Source: Octopus vulgaris (Eukaryota). From it: a stretch of DNA of 64,000 nt. Both the position numbers and the translations under genes were made by a program. The stretch covers positions 58,032,001 through 58,096,000 of the forward strand of contig OX597830.1 in the NCBI GenBank assembly GCA_951406725.2. The letters run 5' to 3'. Below, one piece after another: positions 40,101-55,100 of the stretch. The notes under the pieces are model-generated. The model had not been told where the DNA came from, ran no database searches, and saw only the letters and a list, made by a program, of their open reading frames with translations. Every line of letters begins with the position of its first letter. Within the stretch, counting starts at the first letter, position 1.

Positions 40101-43100
40101 AGCCCTAAGCTGACCAAAGCCTTGTGAGTGGATTTGAAACAACTGAAAAGAGCCCACTGTGTGGGCATGTGTGTGTTTGTGTCACCCTTGTCATTGCATG
40201 ATAGTTGTGAGTGAGTGACACTGTCACATAAATGGCATCATTTGTTCCCAATCTTCCATGAAAACATTTCCAGCCAAGGTGAAATATTACCTTACTTGGA
40301 AATGGATGAGGGTTGGCAACAGGAAGAGCATCCAGCCATAGAAAATCTGCTTCAACAAATTCCATTCAATCCATGCAAGCATGGAAAAGTGGACATTAAA
40401 CGATGATGATGGTACAATCACCACATTAAATTCTCAACTCAAATCAATGGCACCACAAAATGCCCACAAGAGCTCCCTGCTATATTATTTATTCCCATTT
40501 TGCTGTTTTTATTTATAAATTCAAAGCAGAAATGGAGTTTCTGATATTCAATCAAGTTTTGAATACATTAAAATTCTTCCAATTACCTTTATAACCATGT
40601 CCTGTATACTTCAGTACCAGAACTGGTTCCAATGTAAAACATTGTTCCTCATTTCACCCATTAAAAATTTTTTTTTATTTATTTAATACATTCATCTTGT
40701 GTTCTTAATGTAATCAATTCTATATTTCAAACTTATTTCTATTCTATGCGTTTACTCATTCTCCTCCATTCTCCGTCTGCAACCGTGATTGCTCATGAAA
40801 CCCACAGCCTTTTATCAGCTGGAATCAGTAAAGATGGAATTTCTCTAAGGATATTTATTCAAGATGTTTGGCATCTAAAATGGAACTTATTCACCATATT
40901 TCAGAAAAACCTGAATTTTGAAAGGTAACCCCTCTAACAGCAGTAATGTGATACAAATACTTCACCTATTTTTTTCCTTCAGTAGTTGGAGGTCTGAATT
41001 ACCTGTCCTGTGGAAAGTTAGAAAACTAATGTTTCTTTTGAGAAACTTACTCGCTTTTAAGTGCTTAGATCAGACTAGAGAATTATGTAGAGTTCCTAAC
41101 TTGACATACAGCCAGTTGCCAAAAATACTCCTACCTGTGTCAGTGAGTACCAGTGGAAAATGTTTTCTAGAAAAAAAACTGAAAAATAATTACGATGTTG
41201 GTAAAGGTAATGTTTTATAAGAATATCTAATGAGACAATGGTTAATAACATCTTCTAATTCACAACAGCTTAAACCCAACCCTGCCCACCACCACCATAT
41301 ACAAATGGATTTTGAGTCACTCACCTAAATTTCCTACATGTCTCTCAGTTCTCTCCCAGACCCAGCCAATCTATATAAATTTTGTTGTGTATAGAGAGAT
41401 TCATTACACAAATTTACATAAAGAATCTTGCAAACCAAATACAAACATGAAGAATCTATCATCATCATCATCATCATCATCGTTTAGCGTCCGCTTTCCA
41501 TGCTAGCATGGGTTGGACGGTTCAGCAGGGGTCTGGGAAGCCAGGAGGCTGCACCAGGCCCAGTCGGCAATGTTTCTACATCATAGTTGAGTAGTTTTCA
41601 AAATTAAAATTATTAGAAAATAAATTTACTTCCTCATTTTTTTTCACAGATTCTTTCTGTTTTCTGTGTTTTTTCTCCGTTTCTCTCTGAAATGAAAACA
41701 GTGAAAATATTTAAACAACATTTGTAGGCTGAAGAATATAGTTTGGGAGAAATTGCAAACAGCTATTGATAAAACTTCAAAATTCAAAATTTCTGTTATT
41801 GGCAGGAGACTTTAATGTTAAGGTTGGTGAAGATAATGAAAACCTAGAATGTTATGGATGAGTGAAAATGGAGATTCAATGAAGCAAAATGACGAAAGCC
41901 TTGTGGAGCTTTGTATGATCCTAAATATTAATAGAAGGAATTTTAACACACCCACACTCACCACCACTGAATCTTTGAATCCACCTGGAATTTTCCAAGT
42001 AGATGCAGAATAACAAGGGAAACTTTCTCTACATAAACCAAAACTTTTGGATATCATTATTAGATTTAAGAGATTACAGAGGACGATAATCTGCCTTGTG
42101 GTAGAATGAAATGCCACAGCAGAAGAAAAATTAATAACCAAACAGAGAAAACAAATTTCTAAAGAAAGAAAAAAAATAAGTAAAATTCAGAATTTGAAAA
42201 ACAAAAAAGAATATTTAAAAACTAAAGGAATTGTCAAAGAAGGGATTTTGTCCAGAAATGCAATGGAGGAGCAAATTTAGAGAAGAGCAAGAAAACCATT
42301 AACATTATTGGATATGAATAATCGGATTATAACATGTGGGTCTTGCTAAGCTGCTCCATGTAATTCAAGAAGAGAAAGTAAACAAACAAGTGAAGGATGA
42401 AGAAACGGACAAGACAGCATCTGGGAATAACGAGGCAAAAAAAAATGGCAAAATACCAAACGGAATCGATTGTTTATCCCACTGAAACAAGGAATATTTA
42501 AATTGATATTACATAATACATGTGTATATTACATAATACATGTGATATTACATAATACATGGATATTCTGTGAAGCTGTGGTCTTCAACCTGTTTGTTTT
42601 TTTGCATCATAGACTCAGGAATCACACACATGACAAAACAAAGTGCATAAATATATAAATTAATTATTACATACATGTGATACATGTGTATATTACATAA
42701 TACATGTGTATATTACATAATACATGTGTATATTACATAATACATGTGTAATGCAAAGATACCCTACAGATGGTGATAGTCAATAAAAGAGAAATACAAT
42801 TTGTTCTTTTTGTGCAGCCAGGTACCAAATAATCCATGGTCTGCAGCTAAGTGGTGGGGACTGTTGCTTGGAGGAACTAAAAAGGAAAATGATTAAAATT
42901 GATGGAAGATAAATGAAATATGAAATGAGCAGCCGACCAGGATATAAACATTTTGGTCAATTCAAACTGAAATCTTCTTCAAAATTTTGGGCAATGGAAA
43001 ATGATCAAGTTAAATATGGAGATGAATTAGTCAAAATGAAATTAGCAAACAAAGCAATCAATTAACCAAATAGAAAATAAATTTTAGCATTTCACTTGTG

Positions 43101-46100
43101 GCACTCACTTCCATTTATGAATGCTAGGACCGTCCATCATACAGAAATGCTGTTTAACAATAGAATATGGAAAAGAGAAATGGCACCAAATAGCAAAGAA
43201 AGGCAATTCTAGAGATAACTGTATCTAGAGATGAGTAACACTTCTTTTTGCAGTGGCATCAGTATTTTGCAAGATTACATTTAACAGAGTAGCGTTTCCT
43301 ACCAATCTGTTATTTATAGAGGGGGCATTTCTACCATTGGTCCACAACATTCTTTCACAAAGCATATGCCAGCCATTGACATGTTCAGTCTAACATGTGT
43401 CTCTCTTCTGCAATACATATGGTAATGCTTTTACAACCCAATTGCTTTCTAAATGATGTTGTCTTCAAATGTCAACTGTTCATTTGCACATTCTGAAGAT
43501 TGAACTCCATTCTTTGGACAAAATATTACATCATTTCAACCTCTTCAAATGTTGGTAGAAATGAATACAAAAACAGTTATAGATTAAATTTAATACCATC
43601 TTCATTATAACTTACCGATTCTATTATATCATGACTTTTTGACTTTTTCTCATGCTTCTGTTTCCTTGATTCCTGCCAACAAGTAAATAATTGGAATTAT
43701 TAAACCAAACCTATTCTATTATATTAAACAGTCCGTCATACTTCAAAAGCATCCACATAACTATGGAAACCTTAAATAAAATAATGAACTCTAAACAACT
43801 GTGTCTGTAAGAAATTCTACTCACAAGCTAAATTAATCGTTAAAACTGTTAAGGTAATTAATAACAAGATTTAAGAATTTGACTTAATCTAGTTTGTAAA
43901 ATATTTATGATGGGGAATAGTATTTCTCTGGAAGGGAGCAATTAATCAAACTAAGAGATGTATCCTTAAAAAAAACTGATGACCAATTTCTGCCAGGATT
44001 TCATTGAAGTCCCCAAGAATGTTATAAATCACGATTATCTGCTCCTTGCCAGTTATTAAGAATCTATTTACCTCAATAACAATCCACACCAGAAATTTAA
44101 ATAACTATAACACAACAACTGTTTGAAGAGCTGAAGTGAAAACCTAATTTTAAGGATACAGTTTTGGCAATGTAACATATGTAGAATTTGCCTGGTACCA
44201 GTAGCAACTTCCATCTTCCCAGGATCACCATATAATAAATATCAATGGAAGTCAAGCTGAAACTGATGAAATTTAAACTTACAAGATGAACGGATACAAC
44301 CAAATACTGCAACAGACTCTGCCATTCCTTGCAGTTTTGAAGGACTTGGCACTACTTTAGCATGTGATCTGTCACAATAGCCATAGGTTGTACTATGAAA
44401 TGACCTGCTCTGGGTCAGAGGAAGTGTGTAGGGTTAAGGTTAAACAACATGCCGAAGTGGCACTGAAGACTGTGTATGGTTACTTAACCAGAGAAAAAAA
44501 AGTCAAAATGTACTGAAGTGGAACCTTAAAAATCTTAAAAAGAATACATTAGGTATTGTAATTCTAGATACACTAAATCTGGTAAAAATATAAAAGGAAT
44601 GGTTATGGATTGGTCCAAATAATAATAATAATAATAATAATATACACAAGCATAACTCCAAATCAATTAACAAAATAATACAGAGAATAATTAATAATAT
44701 CAATTATGGGTTGGAATGATTACCTTTGCATAACTGCTGCTCTCTTCCTGATGCAGTAATCGGACATCATCATCCTATTAAGTACCAATTAATCCAAAAT
44801 TAAGGTCTCTTTAAAGGTATGTCCATGCATGCATCCATCCATCCATACATAATGAAATGTATGATAATGAACAACCATGTTCTAAACGCTTTACATGAAA
44901 GCAAAGTTTAAAAACTTTTCAATTTAAGAAACAAATTGAGGGTGATGGGGAAGCATAAAAATAAAGAAAAAAATCATAAATTGTTTGTTAAAGAAGTGGT
45001 GGATGTCATAGAGTAGAAATATTTTTTTGGTTGTCTGATGAAAATGTGACAAATTTTAATTCACCGTTAGAACCATTTTGGCATTATTTACAAGTCAATG
45101 ACAAACTTCAGTTCTCTTGCTAAGCCTGCAATAATTAGCAGTCAAAATCTCTCAAATTACACCCTGTCTTTAAAAAAATCAGAAAGACACATTGGATGAG
45201 ATAGTTCTAGATATCCCTAAAAAGACAAGATAGTCATGGCTAGAATTCCTTTGATCATAGATTGGTTTTTATCAGCAGCAACAATTAATCAAGACAAAAT
45301 CATTTGTTCATTAACACAATTGTATTAATTATCATGCAAATTAATTAAACTTAGGTTTCCTAATTCTTGAGATACATAAGGAAGTAAGTTTCCTCTGGTG
45401 TGGTTGATCTGCTGCAGTTCTCTCTATTCCTGTCCGGTCCTTGTGCATTTGAGGTCTTCCTGGAATGCCCAGTGACAGATGTTCTTGGGCTGGCCCTTTT
45501 AACATTTTCCTTCTTCTGGTGTCCCCATCATTACAATCTTATCATGTCAAGTTGCTGGCAGGTGCAAAATATGATTTGCCAGGTGAAACCAACACAATGC
45601 CAAGATGTCTTGCAGTACTTTACAGAAAAATTTGCTCATTTGTAATTCTGTCAGGTGACTTTGAGGACTTTTCTTAGACATTGTTAGTAAAACATGTCTA
45701 ACTTCTTGGTCATGTTTGTTGCACTGCAATTTTAAATGGTCATATTTTCCCCTGACATTAAGCAGGCAATCACATGCTTGTCTAATGCAAGTTATAAGTC
45801 AGTTTCTTCATGAAATAATGACTTGTAGTTTTAACTCATAAAGCACTGGGATTTGAACTTACATAGCATGGAGTGCTGAGCACATTTTCTGAAAAGGAGA
45901 CGACCATGCACACATCAAAAACAAAAAATAGTTAAAAGATCTTGTTAGTATATAATGGTGGCAAGTTTTACATCATCTGAAGAGTCATTAGTTGAACTAT
46001 TAGTCCTCTTGCATTCTGTGGGGTATCAGAGTGTTTGATTGACATTAAACCCCCAACAAAAGCCCATAAATTAAATGTATCTATCTGGGCCACAATCGTG

Positions 46101-49100
46101 GTCTGTTGACCTCTGCCTGGTGGTCATGATTGCAGCCTGTTGCGCTTTATGTGTTAAATTTTAGGCTAAGGCCTACATTTCTGTCTTATAAGATTTCATA
46201 GATAAACCTTCTTTTTTCTGTTTATTATATACAGTTTTTCAACTAATCAAGGCAACTTTCTCTCTTTTATTGTCTCAAGGAACCAAAACTTTCTCCATGA
46301 AATTCATTAATTTAAAAAGAAAAATCTCCCCCTTGGACTTTGAGTGTCATCACGACCAACGTGAATTATAGTTTCTGTCATTCAGCACTCTGTTGCTCCA
46401 GTTCACTCAGGTGTGGAAATGAGTTGCAACGTTATTGGAGCCAAGCTGTAGCTACCTTTGCCTTTCTCTTGAATAACATCGATGGCATGGAAAGGGGTGG
46501 CTGATATGCATGAGTGACTGCTGGTCTTCCATAAACAGCCTTGCCCGGACTTGTACCTTAGAGGGAAACCTTTGAGGTACAATCCATGACCAAAGGAGAT
46601 CTTTACCCTTTACCCGGTTCAGTACTCTATTTCTGTGACTCAACTGGGGCAGCATTTACTTCTAGTTAAGAATTAGGTTAGTTTACAATTCTATATTTAA
46701 GAGATGAGGAATTATTTACATTATTTACATTTGACGGATATTTGTCCTCATCTTGTTTGCTGTTAACACAACATTTTGGCTGATATACCCTCCAGCCTTC
46801 ATTGGGTGTCTTGGGGAAATTTCGAACCTGGGTTCTCATTCCTTAGGTATTTTTTGATGTTATTATTATTATTATTATTGAAAAATATATATAGAAACTA
46901 TATATCTTAAATGGCAGTGGATCCAACTACAAAATTATATGCTCCTCCAACATTTCTCTGAATATACAAAACTCTTAGTAATTTACTTACCTTATAATTG
47001 TAACTTTTTAACTTTTTAGCCTCTTTTTTTGCTTGTCTTTCTTGTTTCAGCCGCAGTTTCTCCTCTTCTTCCTGAGTGCAGAGAAAATACGTTAAGAATC
47101 ACTGAATCCAAAACAAAAGTTTGTCACTAACACAAATATGAAGATCTCCTCAGCTTGAAGATACAATGATGCTTGGATAATTATTTTGTGGTCATCAACT
47201 TCAAAGCATTATGTAACTGAGCTGTGTCGGTCACAAGCATTATCTATATTTAAATAAATATCCTTCTTTATCGCAACTGGCATTTGACAAAACTGAGGCA
47301 AGAGCCACATTTAAGTCTTGTTCCAACAACAGGGACTGTGCTACAGCTGCAATAAAGACATTCCAGACTACATCCAGAAAAGGACCAACTGGTTGATTGG
47401 TATAAAGTTGCTCCAGCCCTTAGCTAACAAGTACACTGTCTGTTCATCAGATATGACTGGACCTAAGACATCCCCATTCAAGGATTCCTAAGTTGTTCAT
47501 CTTTCTTCTTCTCATTGGTCATGTATCCAATTTCCAGACCTTGCACTATCTACAACATCCAGTCCTTCTTTATATGAATGCCATCCCACTGGAACCTCCT
47601 CTTTGGTTGTATCTTTCTCACAAGTGTTGACTTGGAATAGTTCAAAAGGAGCATTAACAATTGGATCCCCTTGCCCTAAAGTCAGAAAATAACAAAAAAG
47701 AAAGAATAGTTGGAAGTCCATGGCTGCAGGAAAAACATCTGCAAGGAGAAAGAGATAGAGAGAGATGGAAAGGAAGGGGAGAAAGAGTGGAGAGAGATAG
47801 AGACAGGGAAGGAGGAAGAGAAAAAGAGAAAGGAGAAAATAGAGAGGAGGAGAGAAAGGAAGAGAGTTTTCTTCTTCTAGGTGTGAAGGGAAAAGGAAAA
47901 TCCTGTTGTTTTAGGGTTTAGAGACCATCTTGGATACAAAATTCTAAATCAGCATCTTCTGCTGGTCCTAAACCAGAAATAATTACTAGTTTTATTTTCT
48001 TTTGCATGTTGTTTCTGCTTCCGGAATATTCTCATTTTCATTTTGAAAAAAAGCAGAAACTGTAAAGAGCTTTCAGAAAAGAATAAAATAAAATGAACAC
48101 ATAAAATTCTAAAAGATGGTCAAGTCTTACTTCTCTCAGTAATTCTCGTTTTTTGGCAGCAAAATCTTTTTCTTTTTCTTTTTCACGTTGAATCATAGTT
48201 TCCATCCGCTCTTTTTTCTCAGTCTAAAAGTGAAAGTTTTACAAAAGTTAATTAACAAATAATTAATAAAATACACAATATTTTAATACAGACACAAGCA
48301 TGGCTGTGAGGTTAAGAAGCCAGCTTTGCAATTGTGTAGTTTTGGGTTCAATCTCATTATGCAGCACCTTGGGAATACTCTACCATGGGCTGACCAATGC
48401 CTTGTGAGTGAATTTGATAGATGGAAACTGAAAGAAGCCCTTTGTATATGCACATGGGTGTGTGTGTATGTATATGCATGTGTATATTTGGGTTTGTTAC
48501 CCACCACTACATGACAACCAGTGTTAGTTTATTTATGTCTTAGTAACTTAGTGGTTCAGCAAAAAGCGACTGCTGGAATAAGTACCAGGTTTAAGAATTA
48601 AGAACTGGAGTTGATTTGTTTGACTAAACTCTTCAAGGTGTTGCCCCAGTATGGCCGCAAACCAGTGATTGAAACAAGATAAAAGATACAATGACAAAGA
48701 AACTAGTAATCCTTTCTACTCTAGGCACAAGGCCTGAACTTTTGGGGGAGGGGGTCAGTTGATTAGATACTGTAGTCAAAAGAAATGAAGTGAGCATACT
48801 TCACTGGATGTGTAATATTAGTATGTATGAACGACAGTATATAAATGATTTGAGAGCAAAACAAGGAATCGGGCTTGGAGTGCAAGAGTATGCTCACTTC
48901 ATTTCTTTTGACCATCATTGTTATCCTTACTTGAATTACTTCCACTTTCTGTCCCCTCTTTCATAATAAGGTTGCTCAAGCATTATTAATTTAGGGTCTG
49001 GTTTGGCTGTATGTTACATTTGTATTTAGTTCTTTCATTAGTAATTTCTTTAGGTGGCAAACTGGCAGAAGCGTTAGCATGCCGGACGAAATGCTTAGTG

Positions 49101-52100
49101 GTATTTCGTCTATCTTTATGCTCTGAGTTCAAATTCCACCGAGGTTGATTTTGCCTTTCATACTTTCAAGATCAATAAAATAAATACCAGTGAAACACTG
49201 GGGCTGATGTGATCAACTTGTCCCCTTCCCCACATTTCAGGCCTTGTGCCTAGAGTAGAAAGGATTATTTCTAATTTCCTTTGAGGTGGCAACCTGGCAG
49301 AATCGTTAAGCACTCCGGACGAAATACTTAGTGGTATTTCATCTGTCTTTATGTTCTGAGTTCAAATTTCGCCAAGTTCGACTTAGCCTTTCATCCTTTC
49401 AGGGTTGATAAAATAAGTACCAGGTGAATATTGGGGTTGATCTAATCAACTGGCCCCTCCCCCAAAATTTCAAGCCTTGTGCCTAGAGTAGAAAAGACTG
49501 TACTGGTTTCATGTACATGTAATACATATGAAGGGGGACAGTTTGGAAGAAGTAGTGGAGGGCTGCTCTCAAGGGGTTGAACTTTATTAAAAAGTTGAAA
49601 AGGGACTGCAACAAATGGCAAGGTGCTGTGAAGGGAAAGGCTTGTCGAACTTATGCAAGTAAGGGAAAATGAAGATAGAATTATAAAGATAATGGTGGGT
49701 TTCTGGATAAATGTCACTCAGAAGGCTTTTATTAACCTGGGCCTAGAGAAGATAACACTTTTCCTGAGATGTCACATCCTACTACTACAGTGAAGCTGGT
49801 ACCATTATTTCAAATAAGACTAAAGAGCAATAAATTAAAACTAGTTAAAATTGGGATTTTAGTCTCATTAAACAAAAAGAGGAAAAACATTTTCACTTCA
49901 CCTCATCTATGTAATGAGTTGACTTCTTGGCAGACAGTTGGCCTGATTTGCTTTTCTCTGGGTGGCTTTTTCGTTTTGAATCAACTTCCTGAATTTAAAA
50001 GGGTAAAATAAAATATTAATTATTAACAACTGATACCAAACCAGAGATAAAAGAGGGTTTTTTTTACTTCTATATACCACGATGTCTCCCAGATCTTATA
50101 ACTTTAAATCTGGTTTCCTAGTTAAGAAAAAAGATAGCTAACAGTACAATATATTTCTTTTCCATCATGTCTAACAATGATTTTTCTCATTTTGTATTGT
50201 TTAGAGGATTTATACAAGAACATATAACAAATCTGTAAACTATAATGTGTCTTGAATGGCACAACAATGCACTATAATAACAACGGACTATAATAACTAA
50301 ATATAATTTAGTCATCCATACTCTGATATAATATTTCGGAATATAAAAATTCCTTCTTCAGATATCCCTAGGAATTGATTGAGTCACTGCTATAATCAGT
50401 ATTTCTTTTTCTGGAAGTGTCTCTGCAGTGGTCCCACGAAGCTCCTTCCGGAATTCCTCATGAGAAGTGCATGAGGGCAGCCATGTCTCAAGCTCGTGTG
50501 TGCTGGCACATCTGTAGCGCTGCTTCTAATTTATGTATCATACGTGCAGTTTCCTTTTTTTCTTTTATTTTTGTCATTTCATACCCTCCATCAAGCATCT
50601 ACCATACTCTGAATGCCTTGCTTCACTGGGCATAGATACATTGAAGTTCCAACGTCTGGTAACTGACTCGGTAAACACCCACAAAATTATTAACCATCAT
50701 CCTGAACACCTTTTTGAGAGAGAGAGTGAGAGAGAGAGCAGATGTGGATCAGAGGGTGGAGCATGTGTTTGGGTGATTTAATACCAAACAGATGGGTGGC
50801 CCTTCTTTAGTTGCAACCTAGGCAGTGTGTTGCCTCTAAAATTCAACCTTAAGTGATAAAGATAAAGGCTGACAGTTCTACAAGCAGCAAGAAAAACCAT
50901 CCCTCTTATGTACAAGAAGTTCTTTCCCTAAATTTGCTTAAACTAAAAATTACAAACTAAAAAAACCCGTTCAATAGTTATGTCAATGAAATCTCAGCTA
51001 AAGTCATTGGAATAGCATCATGTATTTTAAAATAATACCTTTTTTCTATACATTTCTGTGTCAACAACTCAAGACAACTGTCCAACTGTCGGTGCAAGAG
51101 CTTAAAACACAATCTCTTTCATACACGACACAAAATCTTTAGATTTAGTCGCTTCTCAATTCTTTTGTGACAATATTTCTAATGATATACACTGTTCTCA
51201 TGTTCCGATGACTTTTAAAAATAACAAACTTCCTTATTGAGCTAATCTTTGGAAAACTCTCATCATAATTTTATGTCTGTTTTTCCATGCTAACATGGGT
51301 TGGACAAGCCTTCTCCAATGAAGCCTCTCTTCACATGTTCTAGTCCTTTGTCACCTCCTTTATGAGGCTCAACCTTTTATCAATCAGCTTTCACCACTTC
51401 TTATATTTTCTTTTGCCTTCCACTTTGATTGCTTGGTACTTCATTCTTCAACTCTCCATACCAAGCTGGAACATAGTCTGGAGAGTCTGCCACCATAGTG
51501 TGTTCATACCAGCACAATCTCCTCTCTTACACAATATATTTGATTCTTGATGTCCAATTTTTCTTTCAGTTCATTTGTACTTTGTTGTCCAATGAACACT
51601 CACATAACATGTCCAGTGGAGTGTGCTCCCTTCTTTTTTTAACCTTTGCATACCCCAACACCACTGCCTTCAATGCCTGTTTCATACCATGCAACATTGC
51701 ACTTTGTACACAAAGTATCATATTATCTGCCCAACTTAAAAAGTTTGTATATAAAATAATACAAAGCTTAAATTTTAACATAAACACTTCAGAACAGATG
51801 GTTTTGTATTACAGTCCCAAGATGGTTGATATGAAAGAGTGGAAAGGATGTGACTCTCAATCTATCCATGAGATTTGCTATACTGATCTCAGTCTTCCAG
51901 AGAACAAAGGAAGGTCCTCTGGATTACTTGTTCCACTAGTTCAATAGACATACGCAATTTCACTCAACTCCACAACTACAGTCAGCGCTTGGAAAAAATA
52001 TCCAAAACAACATGCTGAACAGATATCATGAAATGAAAGTACACACGTGCACACATGAATGAATGCACACAAACATGTTTATTATCTAAATGGCCTAATT

Positions 52101-55100
52101 CATACTGGTATGAAGTAAGTGATAGTATCTGTGGCAGATGTACCACTTAAGAGCAAATGTAGACATAAATTTAGAGACACAGCTGTATCTGTAGATAAGA
52201 ACAAGGTTTTCTCTCAGTTTCTATACAAAGAGTAGATTGTAAAATACATATGTCAGCAATGCAGTGGATTATAAGTAATGAAACTGAAACAGCTGTGACT
52301 AATGAATCAACAGTGTTGAGCTGTTAGATACTAGCTGGTTGCAAATGGACCGAATGATGAAGTGTCAGTCATTAGTTCAGTTCAGTCGATTCTTTGATTG
52401 GTTTGGAAATGGATGGTAATTGTCAAGTGAAAATGTTTCGCAAATAATTACTAAATGTTAACTGGGGTATGTAAAAGAAAATTTGGATCAAAGTAATTTG
52501 GAATTGAACGGCAAAAGTTACAACTCGGCAAGGAACTGACAAAAGACACAGAAGACAGGGAGAAACATATTCTACGCAAATAAATAGAATTTAACCATTT
52601 AATAATCAAACTCTTTAAAATTAAGACACCTTAAAAAGTACAATTATTTCAAAAACCTAATACATTACAATATTATATATAGACTAGCAGTATCGCCCGG
52701 CGTTGCTCGGGTTTGTAAGGGAAATAACTATATAAGCATTTTTAGAGAGTTATAGACAAAAAATAGCAAAAAAATGCATTAAAAATGGAAAAAAAAATGG
52801 TAATTTTAAAAAAATCGTTGACTCATCGTAGACATTTTTAGAGAGTTACTTCCCTTATATAATATCAAAAAAATGCATTAAAATGGAAAAAAATTATGGT
52901 AATTTTTTTTTTTAAATCGTAGACTCATCGTAGATGCACACTAATACCCAGAAGGACTCGATATGAATCACAACTATAAGATACCCGGTTTTGGTTAAAC
53001 TGCACCACAAAATGTGGGAGTAGTTAGGAATCTAAATCGTAGGAGACAGACACACAACTTCACTTTTATATATAAAGACTAGCAGTATCGCCCGGCGTTG
53101 CTCGGGTTTGTAAGGGAAAAAACTATATAAGCATTTTTAGAGTTACTTCCCTTATAGATACCAATTCGGGCTTTCTTAGCCATTTCTGTTTTGGTGTCTT
53201 CAAGCCATGAAGTCGTTGTTCTAAAAGAACGCTGGTCTCCTTGACAACGCTTTACGACGTTGATTTCCTTACACTCCCTTCCCCACAGCTTCACGAGGGA
53301 GGGAAGAAGGGGGAGAAGCAAACAGGTGCAGGTGTGACCATGGACGCCAACTCCGCCGCCATCGACACACGAAAAATTATGCATTAAAATGGAATAAAAA
53401 ATGATGTTAAATTATTTTTAAAATCGTAGACTCATCGTAGAGGCGCACTAATACTCAGACGGGCTCGATATGAATCACGACTATAAGATACCCGAATTTG
53501 GTTAAACTGCACCGCAAAATGTGGGAGTAGTTAGGAATCTAAATCGAAGGGGACAGACACTCACACAACTACAGTTTTATATATATAGATATACTAGCAA
53601 CTAAGCCTGGTTTCACCCGGTCAGTTTGGATGATGTGGCTGTAAAACCTGCTCTGTGTAAGCATTTGACTTGTTTGGGCACGCTTACGTTAAAAAACAAT
53701 TTTAGAATGACTTTTTTCTGTCAAAATGCTGAAAATAACTGATGAGCAAAAAAAAAAAACAACCAGTATTCAACCAAATCATAAAATTAACCCAAATACT
53801 AAACGAACAAAGATGAACCATCCCCCTTCCATTGCACGTGCACACACACATTCACATACCCCCCTTACATACACACATATATTCACACGGAGTTGAAACA
53901 CTGTTTGATTTATTTTTTTCAGCGTACAATTTTCATCATCCCACTACCAATTATGACATCACCCCCTTTCTTTCTCATTCATGAACACAAGAGTATTATA
54001 GTAGATATCCTGGTAACCATGGGAGCTATGAAAAAATACAAAGCCCAGCATCACCATTAGATCATTCTACACATCTGTGTAATTTTTCGTGCAATTCCAC
54101 CCAGCCATTTGACTGTGAATCCAACAACAAGAACGAATCGCCCATGTCAAATTTAAATGGATAGATAACATGAGATTATGCATGCATGGTTGCTTTTCAT
54201 ATAACTCCAGCATGGGCGCCTCCCATGTGGCACTGGCACCTTTCACATGGCACCAGCAGCACCAGCACCGGTGCATTTCACAGAGCAGCAGCATGGGTGC
54301 TTTCCATGTGGCACCTGCATGGGGGGGGCTTTAAAATTCAAGAGAATGGCTAATCGATTTCTCTATTTTATATTCTCGATATCATCTGTCATATGATGAA
54401 TTAGTAATAATGCTGAAGAGGAAGTGAACGATTGATGATGACGATGACAATAAAAAAAATTATGATAATAATCATACTGATAATAATGATGATGATGATG
54501 TCAACAAAAATAACAACAGTTATTTCATTAGCAAAGCCATTTACCAAAAACCAAAACTCAAACAGAAGGAAATGAAAGGTTACAAACAACTGACAAAAGA
54601 AACAGTAATTTTCCTAAATTGAAAGAAATGTTAAAAGATGCATTTACCTTGTCATTGTGTCTTTTACCTCTGGAAGCTGACCCTTCTCTGTTGCTTCTTT
54701 TCACATCATCCTGACAATAAAAATATGTCAAACCATTTAGACATGGAAGTAACATGAACAATTCTGCATCTGAAGAAAAAAAAAAAAAGTTATGAGAGAT
54801 GTGACTTCAACGTTTTATGGGGTGGAAGTAGCTGGAGGTATGTTCATATCTTATCAGACTTGTTTCAGTCACTGGACTGTGGCCATGCTGGGGCACCATC
54901 TTGAAGGGCTTAGTAGAACAAATTGATACCAGTAGTTATCTTTTAAAATTTGGTGCTTATTATGTCTATCACATTTGCTGAACTGCTAAGTTATGGGAAC
55001 ATAACCAAACCAACACTAGTTGTCAAGTCCAATAGCTAAAACAAGTAAAAAAAAGAATAAAAAAGAAAAAAAAATGATAGTCACATCATATTTTGGGCTG

